Assembly: GCA_951406725.2 (NCBI GenBank)
Contig: OX597840.1
Coordinates: 12,958,001-13,022,000, forward strand
DNA: 64,000 bases
Direction of reading: 5' to 3'
Source: Octopus vulgaris
Lineage: Eukaryota
Shown here: positions 25,670 through 39,254 of the stretch, one piece after another
How the letters are laid out: each line of letters opens with the position of its first letter
Numbering within the stretch: the stretch's first letter is position 1
Made by a program: the position numbers and the translations under genes
Notes under the pieces: generated by a model
The model's input: the letters and a program-made list of their open reading frames with translations, nothing else
The model's database searches: none
What the model was told of the DNA's origin: nothing

Positions 25670-26285
25670 CACGACCACCACCATCACCACCATGAGTACC
25701 ACCATCAACAGCAGCAGCAGCACCACCACTACCACCACCACCACCACACCACCACAACTACCACTACCACTACCACCACCACAGCACCACCACTACCACC
25801 ACCACCACCACTACCACCACCACCACTACCACCACCACCACCATCACCACCACTATCAACACCATGAGCACCACCACTACAAGCAGCAGTAGCAGCAGCA
25901 GCAGCAGTACCACCACCACCACTACCACTACCGCCACCACCACTATCACCACCACCACCACCACCAATAACAACAACAACACCAGCAACAATAACAAGAA
26001 CATAACAAAATTGTGAGGCAGTGGCTGGAAATGGGGAATTGTTAGAAAAATACAAAATATAATTGAAGGGAACACAATATAGGATTCTCCATCGTTAGTG
26101 ATGTCAGTCGTCATCATCATCCTCAACACCACCACCACCACCACCACAACTACCACCACCACCATCACCATCATTGTCATCATCACCGTCTTTATCATAT
26201 CGCTATCACCATCATCATCATCTTCATCGTTGTCATGATCATCCTCCTCATCATCGTCATCGTCATCATCATCCTCCTCATCAAC
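25670..26285. repeat. (CAC)/(CAT)/(CAG) trinucleotide low-complexity tracts
   Basis: Direct reading. Confidence 0.85.
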
Positions 26286-26407
26286 ATCTGCACCAACAAT
26301 GCTATCATTATCTTAAGCAATGAGGAAAAGACATCAACATAGTAGCTTGTTCTGCTAGAAAGAGCAGCCAAAAAGAAGTCCCCTAAATCACACTCTCTGC
26401 TATCTTA

Positions 26408-27694
26408 TTAGGTCGTGAAGTATGAAATTTGTAGTGAGTTATAGGGTAAACTTTGACAGCTGCTCATTTTCCACCATTATTATATTTTGACAATCTTTTT
26501 TTTTTGTTAGAAGGCTGACATCTATTTCTTTATTCTAACTCATTTTGCACTTTATATAAAGTATTTATAAATCGTTTTTTGCTATTTGTGTTTAGAGAAG
26601 GATAAGTCGGAAATTCATACAGTTTTGAAATATGAGTTCTTTCTTGGAAATAAAGTATCACAGACAGCTCAGAATGTTAATGGAGTATTTCATTCTAATG
26701 TTATTACACAGTAGACAATATCAAATTGGTTTGCAAAATTTCGTTCTGGTAACTTTGACCTCACAAATGAGCAACGTGGTCAACCAGAAACAAAGGTGGA
26801 TAATGACAAACTGAAAGCCACCTTTGAGTCAGATCCATTTTTAAGTGCCCATGAATTATCGTTGTGGCTTAGTGTTAGCAAGCAAACGATATTGACTAAC
26901 CAAGTTCAAATCGGTGAAGTAAAAAAGTAGGATAAGTGGGTTCCATATGAACTCAATGAAAATCAGAATCAACAACGTTTGGAAGCCTGCATTATGCTAC
27001 TTTCTTGTCACAAAAATGAATCCTTTTTGAATCGAATTGTGACATGTGATAAGAAATGGATCCAATACAACAACCGTAAATGTTCAGCGTAATGGTTGGA
27101 CAAAGACAAGCCACCAAAACACAGTCCAAAATGCAAAATTCATCAAAAGAAGCTGATGGTGTGTGTTTGGTGGTCTGGTGCAGGTGGGTCCATTATGATT
27201 TCATTAAACCTTATGCACCAATCACGACCGAAGTATACTGCAGCCAACTGGACCAAATGATAAAGAAACTTACAAAACAAAACAACCTAGATTAGTCAAC
27301 AGATCCACTCCTATTTTATTGCAAGACAACGCCAGACTAAACATTGCAAAACTGACACTGGCAAACCTACAGGTGTTGGAGTTGGAAGTTCTCCACCATC
27401 CACCATCCTCACCAGATCTTGCCCCCACTGACTACCACTTCTTCCAGAATTTAGATAACTTTTTGATAGGAAAAAAATTTAATTCCGATGATGCTGTAAA
27501 ACAGACCTTCCAAGATTTTATTGACTCTAGATTGCCTGGCTTTTACAGTTCCAGGCTGGACAAGTTGCCGCTGAAATGGCGAAAGTGTACTGACAATATA
27601 GGTGCATACTTTGATGAATAAAACTATTCCTTGTATTTATAAAACATTGGCAAACTTTTTTTCTTTTCTACAAATTTCACACTTGATGATCGAA
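26408..27694 (+). mobile_element. Full-length decayed mariner (DD34D) transposon
   Basis: 1287 bp; 27-bp TIRs (22/27 match) flanked by TA; WVPYEL, RIVTCDKKW, LLQDNAR and HPPSSPDLAPTDYHFF motifs; stops and frameshifts. Confidence 0.93.
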
Positions 27695-28304
27695 TAGAAA
27701 AGATCAAGCTGTATGTGTGTGTGGTGTGCATGTCTGTATGTGTGAATAAATATCTATACATGTGTATGTGTATATGTACCTATGCATGTGTGTCTGTGCA
27801 TGTATATGTCAGGAGCCATTTAGCTTAATTGTAGAGCATTCAATCAGTGTCTGAGGGGTATGGGTTCAGTTCCCCAGAGTTGCCTGCTGGCAACATTTTT
27901 TTAGTGTGCAGGTGTGGCTGCATGGTAAGAAGCTGGCCTCCCAACTACATGGTTCAAGGTTCAGTCCCACTACGTGGAACCTTAGGCAAGTGTCTTCTAC
28001 TATAGCCTTGGGCCAGCCAAAGCCTTGTGAGTGGATTTAGCAGATGGAAATGGAAAGAAGGCTGCACCAGGATCCACTCTGATTTGGCATCATTTTCTAC
28101 ACCTGGATGCCCTTCCTAATGCCGACCACTCTGAGAGTGTAATGGGTTCTTTTAGGTGCCACTTTCTTGGGTGCCATTTGTATGACACCGGTATCTGGTG
28201 TGACTGCGATTTTGTTAAGCTTGATGTGTCTTCTTCTCAAGCACGAAATAATACCAAAGGTCACAGTCATATATATATATATATATATATTTATTTATTT
28301 TCTC

Positions 28305-28429
28305 TCCTTTCTTTGTTCTTTTCTAGGCTCGAAACGTTAAAGACATTTTCACTTCTGAGCATTATACTAATACATCTGTTTGTTGTCTACACCACCTGTC
28401 TTTGTCTTTTGTTTTTTTTTGTGAATTCT

Positions 28430-28433
<4 letters not shown>
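28305..28433 (+). mobile_element. Solo pLTR family P1
   Basis: AGGCTCGAAACGTTAAAGAC..TACACCACCTGTCTT..AATTCTCCC then (TA)n; another copy at ~29360-29505. Confidence 0.7.
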
Positions 28434-28463
<30 letters not shown>

Positions 28464-28476
28464 TGTGATGGGTAAA

Positions 28477-28785
28477 GACTCCCTTTTGTCATGAATGGCC
28501 ATGGAATTATACCAAGAATATTCCCCTCAGAGACACAAGTCCAGGCAAGGTGGTTTATGAAAGACCAGCAGTCGTCCATATATACCAACCTTCCCTCTCC
28601 GCACCACTGATGTTGTCCAAGGGAAAGGCAAAGGTACTGATACAGCTTGGCACCAGTGACAGTGGACTGGAGCAACATGAAATAAAGTGTCTTGCTCAAG
28701 GACACAGCAAAACCTGTTCCAGGAATTGAACTCATTACTTCATGATTGTGAGTCTGGTGCTGTAACCACTGAACCCTGTACTTCA
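28477..28785 (-). mobile_element. tRNA-derived SINE family E
   Basis: Homologous to 32192-32525 and 46547-46875. Confidence 0.75.
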
Positions 28786-28870
28786 CATGTATATATATAT
28801 ATATATATATACATGTATATATATATACATGTATATATATATACATGTATATATATATACATATATATAC

Positions 28871-28928
<58 letters not shown>

Positions 28929-29956
28929 TTGTTACTTCTCGAGCCACACCTGACTCATTAGGGCCAGTTTCCTGGTTTCCTTGGCGTATAGGTTCCCCAC
29001 CTGGACAGGACACCGGTCAGTCGCAGGTGAGCTGCAAGATGCAGGAGGAAAAAGTGAGAGAAAGTTGTAGCGAAAGAGTCAGCAGAAGTTTCGGCATTAC
29101 CTTCTGCTGGAGCTCATAAACACACACATCGACCGGTCTGAGATTCAAACCCACGATCCCTTGACCGCGAGTCCGCTGCTCTAACCACTAACCCATGTGC
29201 CTCTACATATAGGGATAAATGATTTAAAACACACACACACACACAAACATACATACATACATACATAAATCCACTCACAAGGCTTTGGCCGGCCTGAGGC
29301 TATAGTAGAAGACACTTGCCCAAGGTGCCATGCAGTGGGACTGAACCATTAGCCCTTACACATTTTTTCCCTCTCAATCCTTTCTGTCAAAGAGTGCAGG
29401 CTTGAAACCTCAAAGACTTTTACATTCTTCCCAAGCATCAAACTAATACACCTACTTGTTGTTCCTTCACCTGTCTTCGTCTTTCATTTTCTGTAAATTT
29501 TGAACTATATATATGGTTTCCATCTACCAAATCCACCATCAAGTCCTCAGTTGGTCTGGGGCGATTACTAGAAGACACTTGCCGAGGGTGTCATTCAGTG
29601 GGATAGAAACTGAAACCATGCATTTGGGAAGCCAGCTGCCTAACCAGGCAACCATACCAGCACCCAGGAAAAGGAAAACAATAAATGCTTCGTTACTAAC
29701 ACAATCTTTCTCAAAGTTTGTTCCTTCTTAAGATATTAATTACCTAATTAGATGGAAACTAGATTGTTAATATTTTTAATTAAGATAATATCTCTAATTA
29801 AAGGAGTTCCTGTAAAATCTATATCATAGATTATATTTAAACAGTTTAAGACATTTATTATAATCATGGATAGCCGCAGCAGAAGCAATAGTAGTAGTTG
29901 TAGTGGTGGTGGTGGTAGTAGTAGTAGAAGTAGCAGTAGTGGTGGCTGTAGTGATG

Positions 29957-29993
<37 letters not shown>

Positions 29994-30366
29994 AGGAGGA
30001 GGAGGAGGAGGAGGAGGAGGAGGAGGAGAATTGGATCATGCACTGTAACAGCATGTCACTGCATCCCCCATTTGTTGGTGATCCCCTACCCCTGGTGGAT
30101 GACACCTTTGCATCACTCAGGCACCAACCCTCCAACCTATGACGCTGTTTTGGGTAGTCATTGCTGGTGAAGGTTTTACAAGGTCAGGGTTCAAATCCTA
30201 CCTCAACCTCATCTTGTCACCTTTTTTTTATGACATACAGAGGAAACGTTGGTTCTATTCTTTGACATGCTGATCCCCAATCAGCACATTATAAGAAAGG
30301 ATTATTAACAACTGATTATTGTTATCAAATTTAGTGTGTCCCATGTTCATATTTCATATTTGCTAA

Positions 30367-30769
30367 AACGCTTTTATACCAACCCGGCTGAAACAGCCTC
30401 CGGCTCTTTAGTACAAATGTCTTGTTTTCAAAAGTTCTGAATTAAAATCTTCCACCAAACCTTAGTCACAATTTATGTTCCTAACACTAGCTTAATGATA
30501 AGCTTGTGTTATCATTAATTCTTTGTTATATTTCAATATAATTAATTCTTGTCATATTTCAATATAACAATTCTTTGTTATATTTCAAATTAATTGAAAG
30601 AAACACAGAGCATCTCAACAGAAATATGGTAACGAAAGGGTTAAAATATATAATAGAGAAACAATTCTTAACCCTTTTGATACCAACCCAGCAGAAACTG
30701 CTTCTGTCATATTTCCAATTAATTGAAAGAAGCACAAAACATCTCAGCAGAACTAGGGTAACAAAAGGG
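30367..30769. mobile_element. Two adjacent piggyBac-type MITEs
   Basis: 30672-30769 reads TTAA|CCCTTTTGATACC ... GGTAACAAAAGGG|TTAA; 30367-30640 is a longer relative ending GGTAACGAAAGGG|TTAA. Confidence 0.7.
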
Positions 30770-31064
30770 TTAATGTCATTATTCTGTTAATGTGATGGAA
30801 ATGGTTTTTCCTCTCAGTGATCACGATAAAAGCCTGTGTATGTGAATGTGTGTGTGTGTTTAGTGTATGCATGTGAGTATATATATACGTATATGATGGG
30901 CTTCCTGTCAGTTTCTGTCTCCAAAATCCACTCACAAGGCTTTTGTTATCCTGATGCTGTAGCAGAGAGGGAGGATGGGAGAGAGAGAGAAAGAGAGGGA
31001 GAGGGGGAGAAAGAAAGAGATGGTGACAGAGAGAGAAAGAAAGAAAGGGACAGAGTGTAAGAGA

Positions 31065-31330
31065 GAGTGAGAGAGAAAGAGAAAGCGAGAGAGAAAGAGA
31101 AAGTGAGAGCGAAAGAGAAAATGAGAGAGAAAGAGAGAGTGAGAGCGAAAGAGAAAGTGAGAGAGAAAGAGAGAGTGAGAGCGAAAGAGAAAGTGAGAGA
31201 GAAAGAGAGAGTGAGAGCGAAAGAGAAAGTGAGAGAGAAAGAGAAAGTGAGAGAGAAAGAGAAAGCGAGAGAGAAAGAGAAAGTGAGAGCGAAAGAGAAA
31301 ATGAGAGAGAAAGAGAAAGTGAGAGATGAA
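31065..31330. repeat. 12/24-bp purine-rich minisatellite
   Basis: GTGAGAGAGAAAGAGA / GTGAGAGCGAAAGAGAAA units (EKEKVRAKEKVR translation). Confidence 0.9.
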
Positions 31331-31346
31331 GACAGAGGAAGAAAGG

Positions 31347-31389
<43 letters not shown>

Positions 31390-31390
<1 letters not shown>

Positions 31391-31887
31391 GACATTCAAA
31401 GAAGGGATGCATAACAATGCAACTTCATTATCCGTTTGAATCTGCCGGTGGCACATTCAAACTCATAAACCTGCAAATTGACTGTGTTTTGTCATGGAGA
31501 AAATTTCTCACTGCAGACAGATGATCTAAATACACCTAAACCAGCTCACAGCGCCACCTACCCAGATTGTAAGATGCAAGCATTTCAAAGTGGTTATCTC
31601 CTCTTCAATCACAGAAACCAGACAGTGAAATAACGTAAGAGAGATTGTCTTCCTTATCAGCTCAGAAACACCAGTCTGGTTTCTGTGACCGAAGAGGAGA
31701 TAACCCTGTGAAATGCTTGCATCTTACAGTCTGGGTAGGTGGCGCTGTGAGCTGATTTAGACCATCTGTCTACAACAAGAAATTTTCTCCATGACAAAAT
31801 GCAGTGAATTGCTTGTTTACAAGTTGAAATGTGCCACCGGCAGATTCAAACTGATAACATTATTCTATTTCCTTTCTTTGAATGTCT
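31390..31887. mobile_element. Long foldback inverted repeat
   Basis: Arms ~31390-31624 and ~31674-31887 with a ~50-bp spacer; both strands give MCHRQIQTDN in the ORF track. Confidence 0.85.
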
Positions 31888-32191
31888 CCCTCCATCTTTC
31901 ATTCTCTCCCTCTCTCCCCCTTTCTTCCTCTGTCGCCATCTCTCTTTCTCTTTCATTATTCCTGTCTTTCTTTCTCTTTTCATCTCTCCGTATCCCTTTC
32001 TTTCTCTGTCTCCACCTGTCTCTCTTTCAACCCGATGAATTGAATTGCTGGTTTACAAATTCGAATGTGCCACTGGTATATTCAAACTGGTGATAACACT
32101 GCATTCATACACATCCCTGCTTGTGCTCCCACCCTGTAAACATAATGCTTGATGTCAAATGAGTCAGCGTCAAATTGGCAATGCCAAATGC

Positions 32192-32525
32192 TGAGACCCC
32201 TTCGGTCATGACTGACCATGGGATTGCACCTAGAAAGTTACCCTCCCAGGTACAAATCCAGGCAAAGTTGTTTATGTTAGACCAACAGTCACCCATGTAT
32301 ACCAGTCTCCCTTTTCCACCCCACCAATGTTATCCAAGGGAAAGGCAAAGGCCGATACAGCTTGGCACCTGTGACGTCGGAACTCAATTCTACAGCTGAG
32401 CGAACTGGAGCAACGTGAAATAAAGTGTCTTGCTCAAGAACACAACACACAGCCCGGTCCGGGATTCAAACTCACAACCTCACGATCGTAAGCTCGACAC
32501 TCTAACCACACTGAGCCATGCACCT
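32192..32525 (-). mobile_element. tRNA-derived SINE family E, near complete
   Basis: Minus strand head AGGTGCATGGCTCAGTGTGGTTAGAG..GAGTTTGAATCCC, core GTGTTGTGTTCTTGAGCAAGACACTTTA. Confidence 0.85.
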
Positions 32526-32764
32526 TCTCAATGCCAAATAGGTGGCGACAAAATGGCTGTGCCAAAACGTCTCACTTTCAGTTAATTTTGAGGTATATTT
32601 TTATATCTTTGATCATCTACTTGCTTCAATCATAAGACTGTGGCCATGCTGGAGCATTGCCTGGAAGAATTTTTAATCAAATGAATCAACACCAGTACCT
32701 ATTTTTTAATTTTCTTCTTTTTAAGTTTGATTTTGCTGAACCACTAAGTCACAGGGATGTAAAC

Positions 32765-33012
32765 TGTTGTGACAAGAGTCAGTGACACCCCCATGGAACT
32801 GGAAGAATGGACTAGCCGAACTCTTATAAAGAGTAGCATATTGGTTGAGGCTGAGAGAAGGTCATAGGAGTTGTTGAAAGTTTGTAGAATTTGCTGAGAT
32901 TGTTGAGAGAGTTTGTATTTATTGGAGTATCGTGTTTAGTGGAGTAATTTGAAGTATGTCTTGTGAAGACAGTTGTGTCTATCCCTGCTTTGGGAAATTT
33001 GTATATTCAACA
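32765..33012. mobile_element. Candidate solo LTR inserted into a SINE B
   Basis: TGTTG...CAACA termini; flanks TAAAC/TAAAA; interrupts a SINE B copy at GGGATGTAAAC|..AAACCAACACC. Confidence 0.55.
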
Positions 33013-33123
33013 TAAAAAAAAGGGGTACAGAATAAACAAACCAACACCAGTTGTCAAACAATGCTGCCTGACAAACACCAATACACACACACACACACAC
33101 ACATAATGGGTTTCTTTCAGTTT

Positions 33124-33358
33124 CTTATTTCTTTACTACCCACAAGGGTCTAAACATAGAGGGGACAAACAAGGACAGACAAAGGGATTAAGTTGATTAC
33201 ATCGACCCCAGTGTGTAACTGGTACTTTATTTATTGACCTCAAAAAGATGAAAGGCAAAGTCGACCTCGGCGGAATTTGAACTCAGAATGTAACGGCAGA
33301 CGAAATACCGCTAAGCATTTCGCCCGGCGTGCTAACAATTCTACCAACTCACTGCCTT
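33124..33358 (-). mobile_element. SINE family D, complete
   Basis: Minus strand GGCAGTGAGTTGGTAGAA..GAGTTCAAATTCCGCCGAGGTCGACTTTGCCTTTCATC..GGGTAGTAAAGAAATAAG. Confidence 0.85.
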
Positions 33359-33769
33359 TGTTTGTTTCTTTCAGTTTCTTTCAGTTTCTGTCTATCAAAT
33401 GCACTCACAAGACTTTGGCTGGTTGTGGAACCATAAAAGACTCTTGCTCAAGGTATCACACGATGGGATTGAACCCAGAATCATGTGACTGGGAAGCAAG
33501 TCTCTTACCACACAGCCACACCAAATGAAAAAAAAAAAAGAGACATAAGCTCAATGTGCTGTACAGAGAGATTGAACCAGGGACCACATGATTGTGATGC
33601 AAACTTCTTTACCACCAGCCATGCTTGTATCATATTAGTTATTTGAACCAACACAAATTCTTCAGAAGACCCTAAATGGTACGTTGGAACCCATTAAATT
33701 TAAATTCAGCTCTGGAATATCTGTTTACCATTTTTATGAAATCTGTTAGCTGTTCATTAATTTTGGATT

Positions 33770-34346
33770 TGTGTGTGTGTTAATGTATATGCATACATGT
33801 TAGTGTGTGTATGTGTGCGTGTGTGCATTAGTGTGTGTGCGTGTGAGCATTAGTGTGTGTGTGTATGTATGTGCATTAGTGTGTGTGTGTTAATGTATAT
33901 GCATACATGTTAGTGTGTGTATGTGTGCGTGTGTGCATTAGTGTGTGTGTGTATGTATGTGCATTTGTGTGTGTGTGTTAATGTATATGCATACATGTTA
34001 GTGTGTGTGTGTGCATTAGTGTGTGTGTGTATGTATGTGCATTAGTGTGTGTGTGTTAATGTATATGCATGTGTGTTAGTGTGCACACGTATTAGTGTGT
34101 GTATGTGTTAGTGTGTGTGTATGGGTGCATATTATTGCGTGAACATGTGTGTTTGAGCATGCATTAGTGTGTGTGTGTGTGTTAGTATCTGAGCATATGT
34201 GTTTGTTGTTTGTGAGTGTGTTAGTATGTATGATAATGTTTGTGTAGTGTATGTGTGCGGTAGAGTGAGTGTGTGTGTGTGATTTAGCATGTGCATTAGT
34301 GTTTGCATGTTAATGTGTGCTAATATGTGTTTGTGTTTTAGTATGT

Positions 34347-34384
<38 letters not shown>

Positions 34385-34812
34385 ACACATGTGCATGTGT
34401 ATGTGTGCATGTGTAGTGTATGTCTATGTGTGCTTGTATGTGTGTTAGTGTCTGTGTGAGTGCATTAGCATATGTGTTAGCATGTGTGTTAGCATGAGTG
34501 TTTGTGTGTGTGTATATGTGTGTGCGTTTTAGTATCTGTGTGCGTTTGTCAGAATTTGAGTGTGTTTGTGTGTTTGTGTGCGTGTGTTAGTGTGTAAATG
34601 TATGTATGTTTGTGCATGTGTTTGTGTGTCAGTGTGTGTGTATATTAGGGTGTGTGTGTGTGTAATATGTTAATGTGTGTTTGTGCATGTGTGTGTTAGT
34701 GTGTGTGTATTAGTGTGTTAATGTGTGTTCGTGCTTATGTGCTCCTGTGTCAGTCATTGTGTTTATGTATTAGTGTGTGTGTGTGTGTGTTATTACGTGT
34801 ATGTGTGTGTTA

Positions 34813-34842
<30 letters not shown>
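33770..34842. repeat. TG-rich degenerate satellite with GTGTTAGTGT motif
   Basis: Direct reading; higher-order units TTAATGTATATGCATACATGTTAG. Confidence 0.9.
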
Positions 34843-34843
<1 letters not shown>

Positions 34844-35145
34844 GCCAAGTAGGAGGGGGTGCTTTTCTGCTTTTTTTTGTTTTTTGAAAGAGAAATTGAA
34901 ATTTTGGAAATGTTTAAAAATAATTCTTTGAAAATTAAAATAAAAAATTGAAAAAAAAGAAATGAAGCCTTCCTTGCCTCACCTTTAATGGGTTTCAGTC
35001 ACTGGAATGTGGCCATGCTGGAGCACCACCTTCAATGGGTTTAGTCAAAGAAGTCACTCCCCCGCACAGGTACTTATTTTGAGTTAAGTCTGCAACATAT
35101 TTTATCAATTTCTTCTGCTGAGCTGTTAAGTTATAATTGAACATT

Positions 35146-36180
35146 CACTAACACACACACACACACACACACTGACATACACACATATGCATACAAACAC
35201 ACATAGAAACTAACAAACATGCACACACATAGACACTAACACATACACACACACAGAAACTAACATACATACACACACAGATAAACATGCACAGACACAC
35301 TAATACACATACACTGTCATACAAGTAGACACATGCACACAGTCACTAACACACACACACATACATGCGCATATGTACACACACAGAACCTAACACATAC
35401 ATGTACATGCACACCCTTTAACAGACATACAAACACTAACACACACAAATACACACACATACAAGCACACACACACAGATGCACATACTAGCACTCACAT
35501 ACAGCCATACAAACACACACACAAATACCTACACACAAACACACACGCACATGCATAGACACTAATACAGACACACACAAATTCATTGACACACACACAG
35601 ACACTAATACACACACACACACACACACATAAATATGCACACATACACTGTCATACACACTCATACACACACATACACTGTCATACAAACATACACACAC
35701 ACACAAATACCTACACACTAACATACATGCACACCCATTAACATACATACAGACACTAACACACACACACACACACACACTAACATGCACACACACACAC
35801 ACACACACACAGAACCTAACACACACACCCATTAATACACACATATACAAACACACACACACACTACCATACAAACACACATGCACACTGCCATACAAAC
35901 ATACACACTAAATACTTACACACAAACACACACACACATGCATGGACACCAACACACACACTAATACATGCATATCCATTAACACACATGCAAACTCTAA
36001 CATACATACACACACACACACACATGTACATACACACACAAAACCTAACACACACAACCATTAACAGACACACAGACACTAACACACTCTAGTACACACA
36101 CATACACACAGACACTAACACACGCACACACAAATACCTACACACAAAGACACATGCATAGACACTAACACACACACACA
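35146..36180. repeat. CA-rich degenerate satellite with ACACTAACAC motif
   Basis: Direct reading; reverse-complement composition of 33770-34842. Confidence 0.9.
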
Positions 36181-37369
36181 AATAATCAGGTATACATATC
36201 CTCAAACGGAACTTGATCCAAAATGTATGAAGCATAAACTATCAGATTTTATAAAGATGGTTCAGTAGATATCTTACAGGTGGACCCAAATTTGATGTGT
36301 TACGTATGATGTTCACTTTAGGGTCTTAGGAGGGATTAAAGGAACTAAAACATATAAGATATAAGGTAAAGCTACCTTCTTCTTGAGTCAGGCCAATTCA
36401 TAAGGGCTGCTTTCCCAATTCATGGTGTATATATTTCACACCTGGAGAGGATGCCGATCCATCGTAGGATGACTCGTTTTTGACAGCTGAGTGGACTGGA
36501 ACAATGTGGAATGAAATGTCTTGTTCAAGAACACAATGCGCTGCGTGGTCTAGGAATTGAAACCACATTCTTATGATCATGAGTTCAACACCCTCACCAC
36601 TGAGCCATGTGTCTCCACAGGTGACATATGTATTCCTCACCTGGACAGGATTACCCATTTGGCAGGGTTACTCGTTTTTGCCAGGTGTCTGGACAGAAGC
36701 AACATGAAATGAAGTGTTTTGCTCAAGAGTACAATGTGTTGCCCAGTCCAGGTATTGAAACCACAATCTTACTACGATCATGAATCTAATGCCTTAACCA
36801 CTAAGCCACGTGCCTCCACAGCTAAAATGTATGGCTGTGTGGGGAAGAAGTTTGCATCACCACCATAAGGTCTCAGGTTCGATCCCACTGTACAAGTTAT
36901 GGAAATATAAACAAACCAACATCGGTTGTCAAGCAGTGGTGGGGAACAAAGACAGACACAAACACATACAAATGTACATACATACATACACACACATACA
37001 CATGTACATACATACGTATATACATATATGCACACGTACATAAATAAATACATATATACATATGTACGTACATACATATATGTTTTATGAAGAAAGGGCA
37101 AAAGAAACTGAAATGGATTCTTCAAATCCAATCTATCAGTGGCACAGTGAAGAACTGTAAGACATTCCAAAAATTCTCCATCTGAGATTCTTATGTGAAT
37201 AGATGCATACACTCAGGTGTATGCATTGACAGCTTAACCAACACACCACCTCAGCCGCATATTTACAAACACAAGGAACACTCTTGACTCAAACAGTCTT
37301 GTCACATTGTTAGCGGCTGGCTAAGAACTTAAATTAAATTCAAAGGAAAAAATGAATGAATGAACATAC

Positions 37370-37705
37370 ATACAATAGACCTGACAATAATTTGGGATAG
37401 AAAAGAGGAACTGAGTAAGGTTGTAGAAGTCAGCTGCCCAGCGGATGTTAACATAAAGCTGAAGATCAGTGGAAAAGATAATACCTATGCTGAACTGTTG
37501 AGAAATCTGCAGTAATTCTATCCAGATTACATGTTCAGGTTTATTACTGGGGTACTAGGATATGTAACACACTGCCTAAATACCAATTTTGAGAAATTAG
37601 GCTTCTCAAAACCAGAAAGGAGAAAGTTGATTCGAAGACTACAGATTCAATCCATCACTGGAACTGTAAAAATCTGTAAAACATTCCAGAAGTTTATCAT
37701 TTAAA
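37370..37705 (+). pseudogene. RLE-type non-LTR retrotransposon C-terminal fragment
   Basis: YNRPD-/IIWDRK..VVEVSCPADVN..KDNTYAEL..GVLGYV..LQIQSITGTVKICKTFQKF*; a diverged copy of the last ~30 codons lies at 37086-37186. Confidence 0.65.
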
Positions 37706-38069
37706 TATATATGAGTATGTCTAGATATGCAACTATATGCATGAGAAGACATATGTAAAACAAAACATACAAATCTGCATGTATACATACATACTCTTTT
37801 ACTTGTTTCAGTCATTTGACTGTGGCCATGCTGGAGCACCGCCTTTAAAAAGGTCTCCAGGACTGAAAATCAAACCCAAGTCCGAAGGATTGAGAGTCTG
37901 ACATCCTAATCACTTGGCCATACAGACATACTTACAAAAATATCCTGTTGTTGATGTTGAAATTCCAATGAAGAAGACTTGGATCTAGGTTAGAAACCGG
38001 TTCTTTCCCTATTGGCCAGAAATGTTGAATTAAAACCAAATAATGACATACATATATAAAAATAAAAAT

Positions 38070-38545
38070 CAAAATCAAAATCAAACCAAATCAAATCAGA
38101 TATCAGAAAGCAGAACCAAAATCGGAACCGATCAACATCAATGGAAATTGCAGCTGTGATACCAGTGCCGATGACAAGTAAGCAAACCATCCGATCGTGA
38201 CCGTTGCCAGCGCCGCCCCGACTGACCTCCATGCCGGTGGCACGTAAAAAGCACCATCCATTCGTGGCCGTTGCTAGCCTCGCTTGGCCCCTGTGCCGGT
38301 GGCAAGTAAAAAGCACCATCCGTCCGTGGCCGTCTGCCAGCTCCGGCTGGCACCTGTGCGGGTGGCACGTAAAACGCACCCACTACACTCTCGGAGTGGT
38401 TGGCGTTAGGAAGGGCATCCAGCCGTAGAAACACTGCCAGATCAGACTGGGCCTGAAGCAGCCTTCTGGCTTCACAGACCCCAGTTGAACCGTCCAACCC
38501 ATGCTAGCATGGAAAACGGACGTTAAATGATGATGATGATGATGA
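38070..38545 (+). mobile_element. RTE-like LINE 3'UTR with four internal repeats
   Basis: Four GTGCCGGTGGCACGTAAAAAGCACC-like units and a (GAT)n tail. Confidence 0.82.
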
Positions 38546-39254
38546 TAATATATACATGTATGTATGTTGGTTGAAGTGTTGTTGCACACGCCCAAGTGTG
38601 TGCATCTGCTCGCATAAGACCAGATTGGATTTGGAGAAACCATATCAGTTTCTTTTTTGCCCTTTAACCCTACAAATGATCATGATATCTTCTTAAGATT
38701 AAAAGGATGACAAACAAAACAAGGAAACCTTCACAGCCTTGCTACCAAGTTGATGGCCAGTCAAAATTAACTCTGAATTAAAAAGAGAAAGACACAAACA
38801 GACAGACATATACGAAGGGCTTCTATACAGTTTCTGTTCACTAAACCCCCCTCTGAATGCATTGATCAATCTGGGACTTTTTAGAAAACACTTGCCCAAG
38901 GTGGTGCAGCACAGTGGGACTGAACCTGAAATCACATGGTTGTAAAGCAAGTTTCTTAACCACTCAGCCACTCCTTATGCTTGTATATTTTAATTTTAAA
39001 TAAAATTTAAATTTTTGTTGTTTCATTTATTGAATTTCAATTTTGGATTAAATTCAAATTTCAGTTAAAAAAATAAACGAAAAAGAAAGAAACAAGGAAG
39101 TAAAAAAGAGGGTAAAAAAATGTAAATGAATTCCATTGAATTCTTGTCTGTTATGGTATTTTGGTTTTGGAGAAACATTCTTAGATTTCAGTTTCCAAAA
39201 CATGGGTGAAGGTTGGCTTCTGACTGATTTGCTTCTCAGATATTAAACTGGATC

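Noticed and set aside
25664-26198. His/Pro/Gly/Ala homopolymer ORFs resembling transcription-factor low-complexity regions
   Set aside because: Trinucleotide repeats open in several frames on both strands, with no domain
27319-27621. Mariner ORF as an active or domesticated (SETMAR-like) gene
   Set aside because: Upstream transposase has stops and frameshifts, the TIRs are decayed, and there is no SET domain or splice evidence
27813-27890. tRNA-like sequence GCCATTTAGCTTAATTGTAGAGC..GGGTTCAGTTCCCC
   Set aside because: A/B-box remnants, but acceptor and anticodon stems pair poorly; likely a decayed SINE head or pseudo-tRNA
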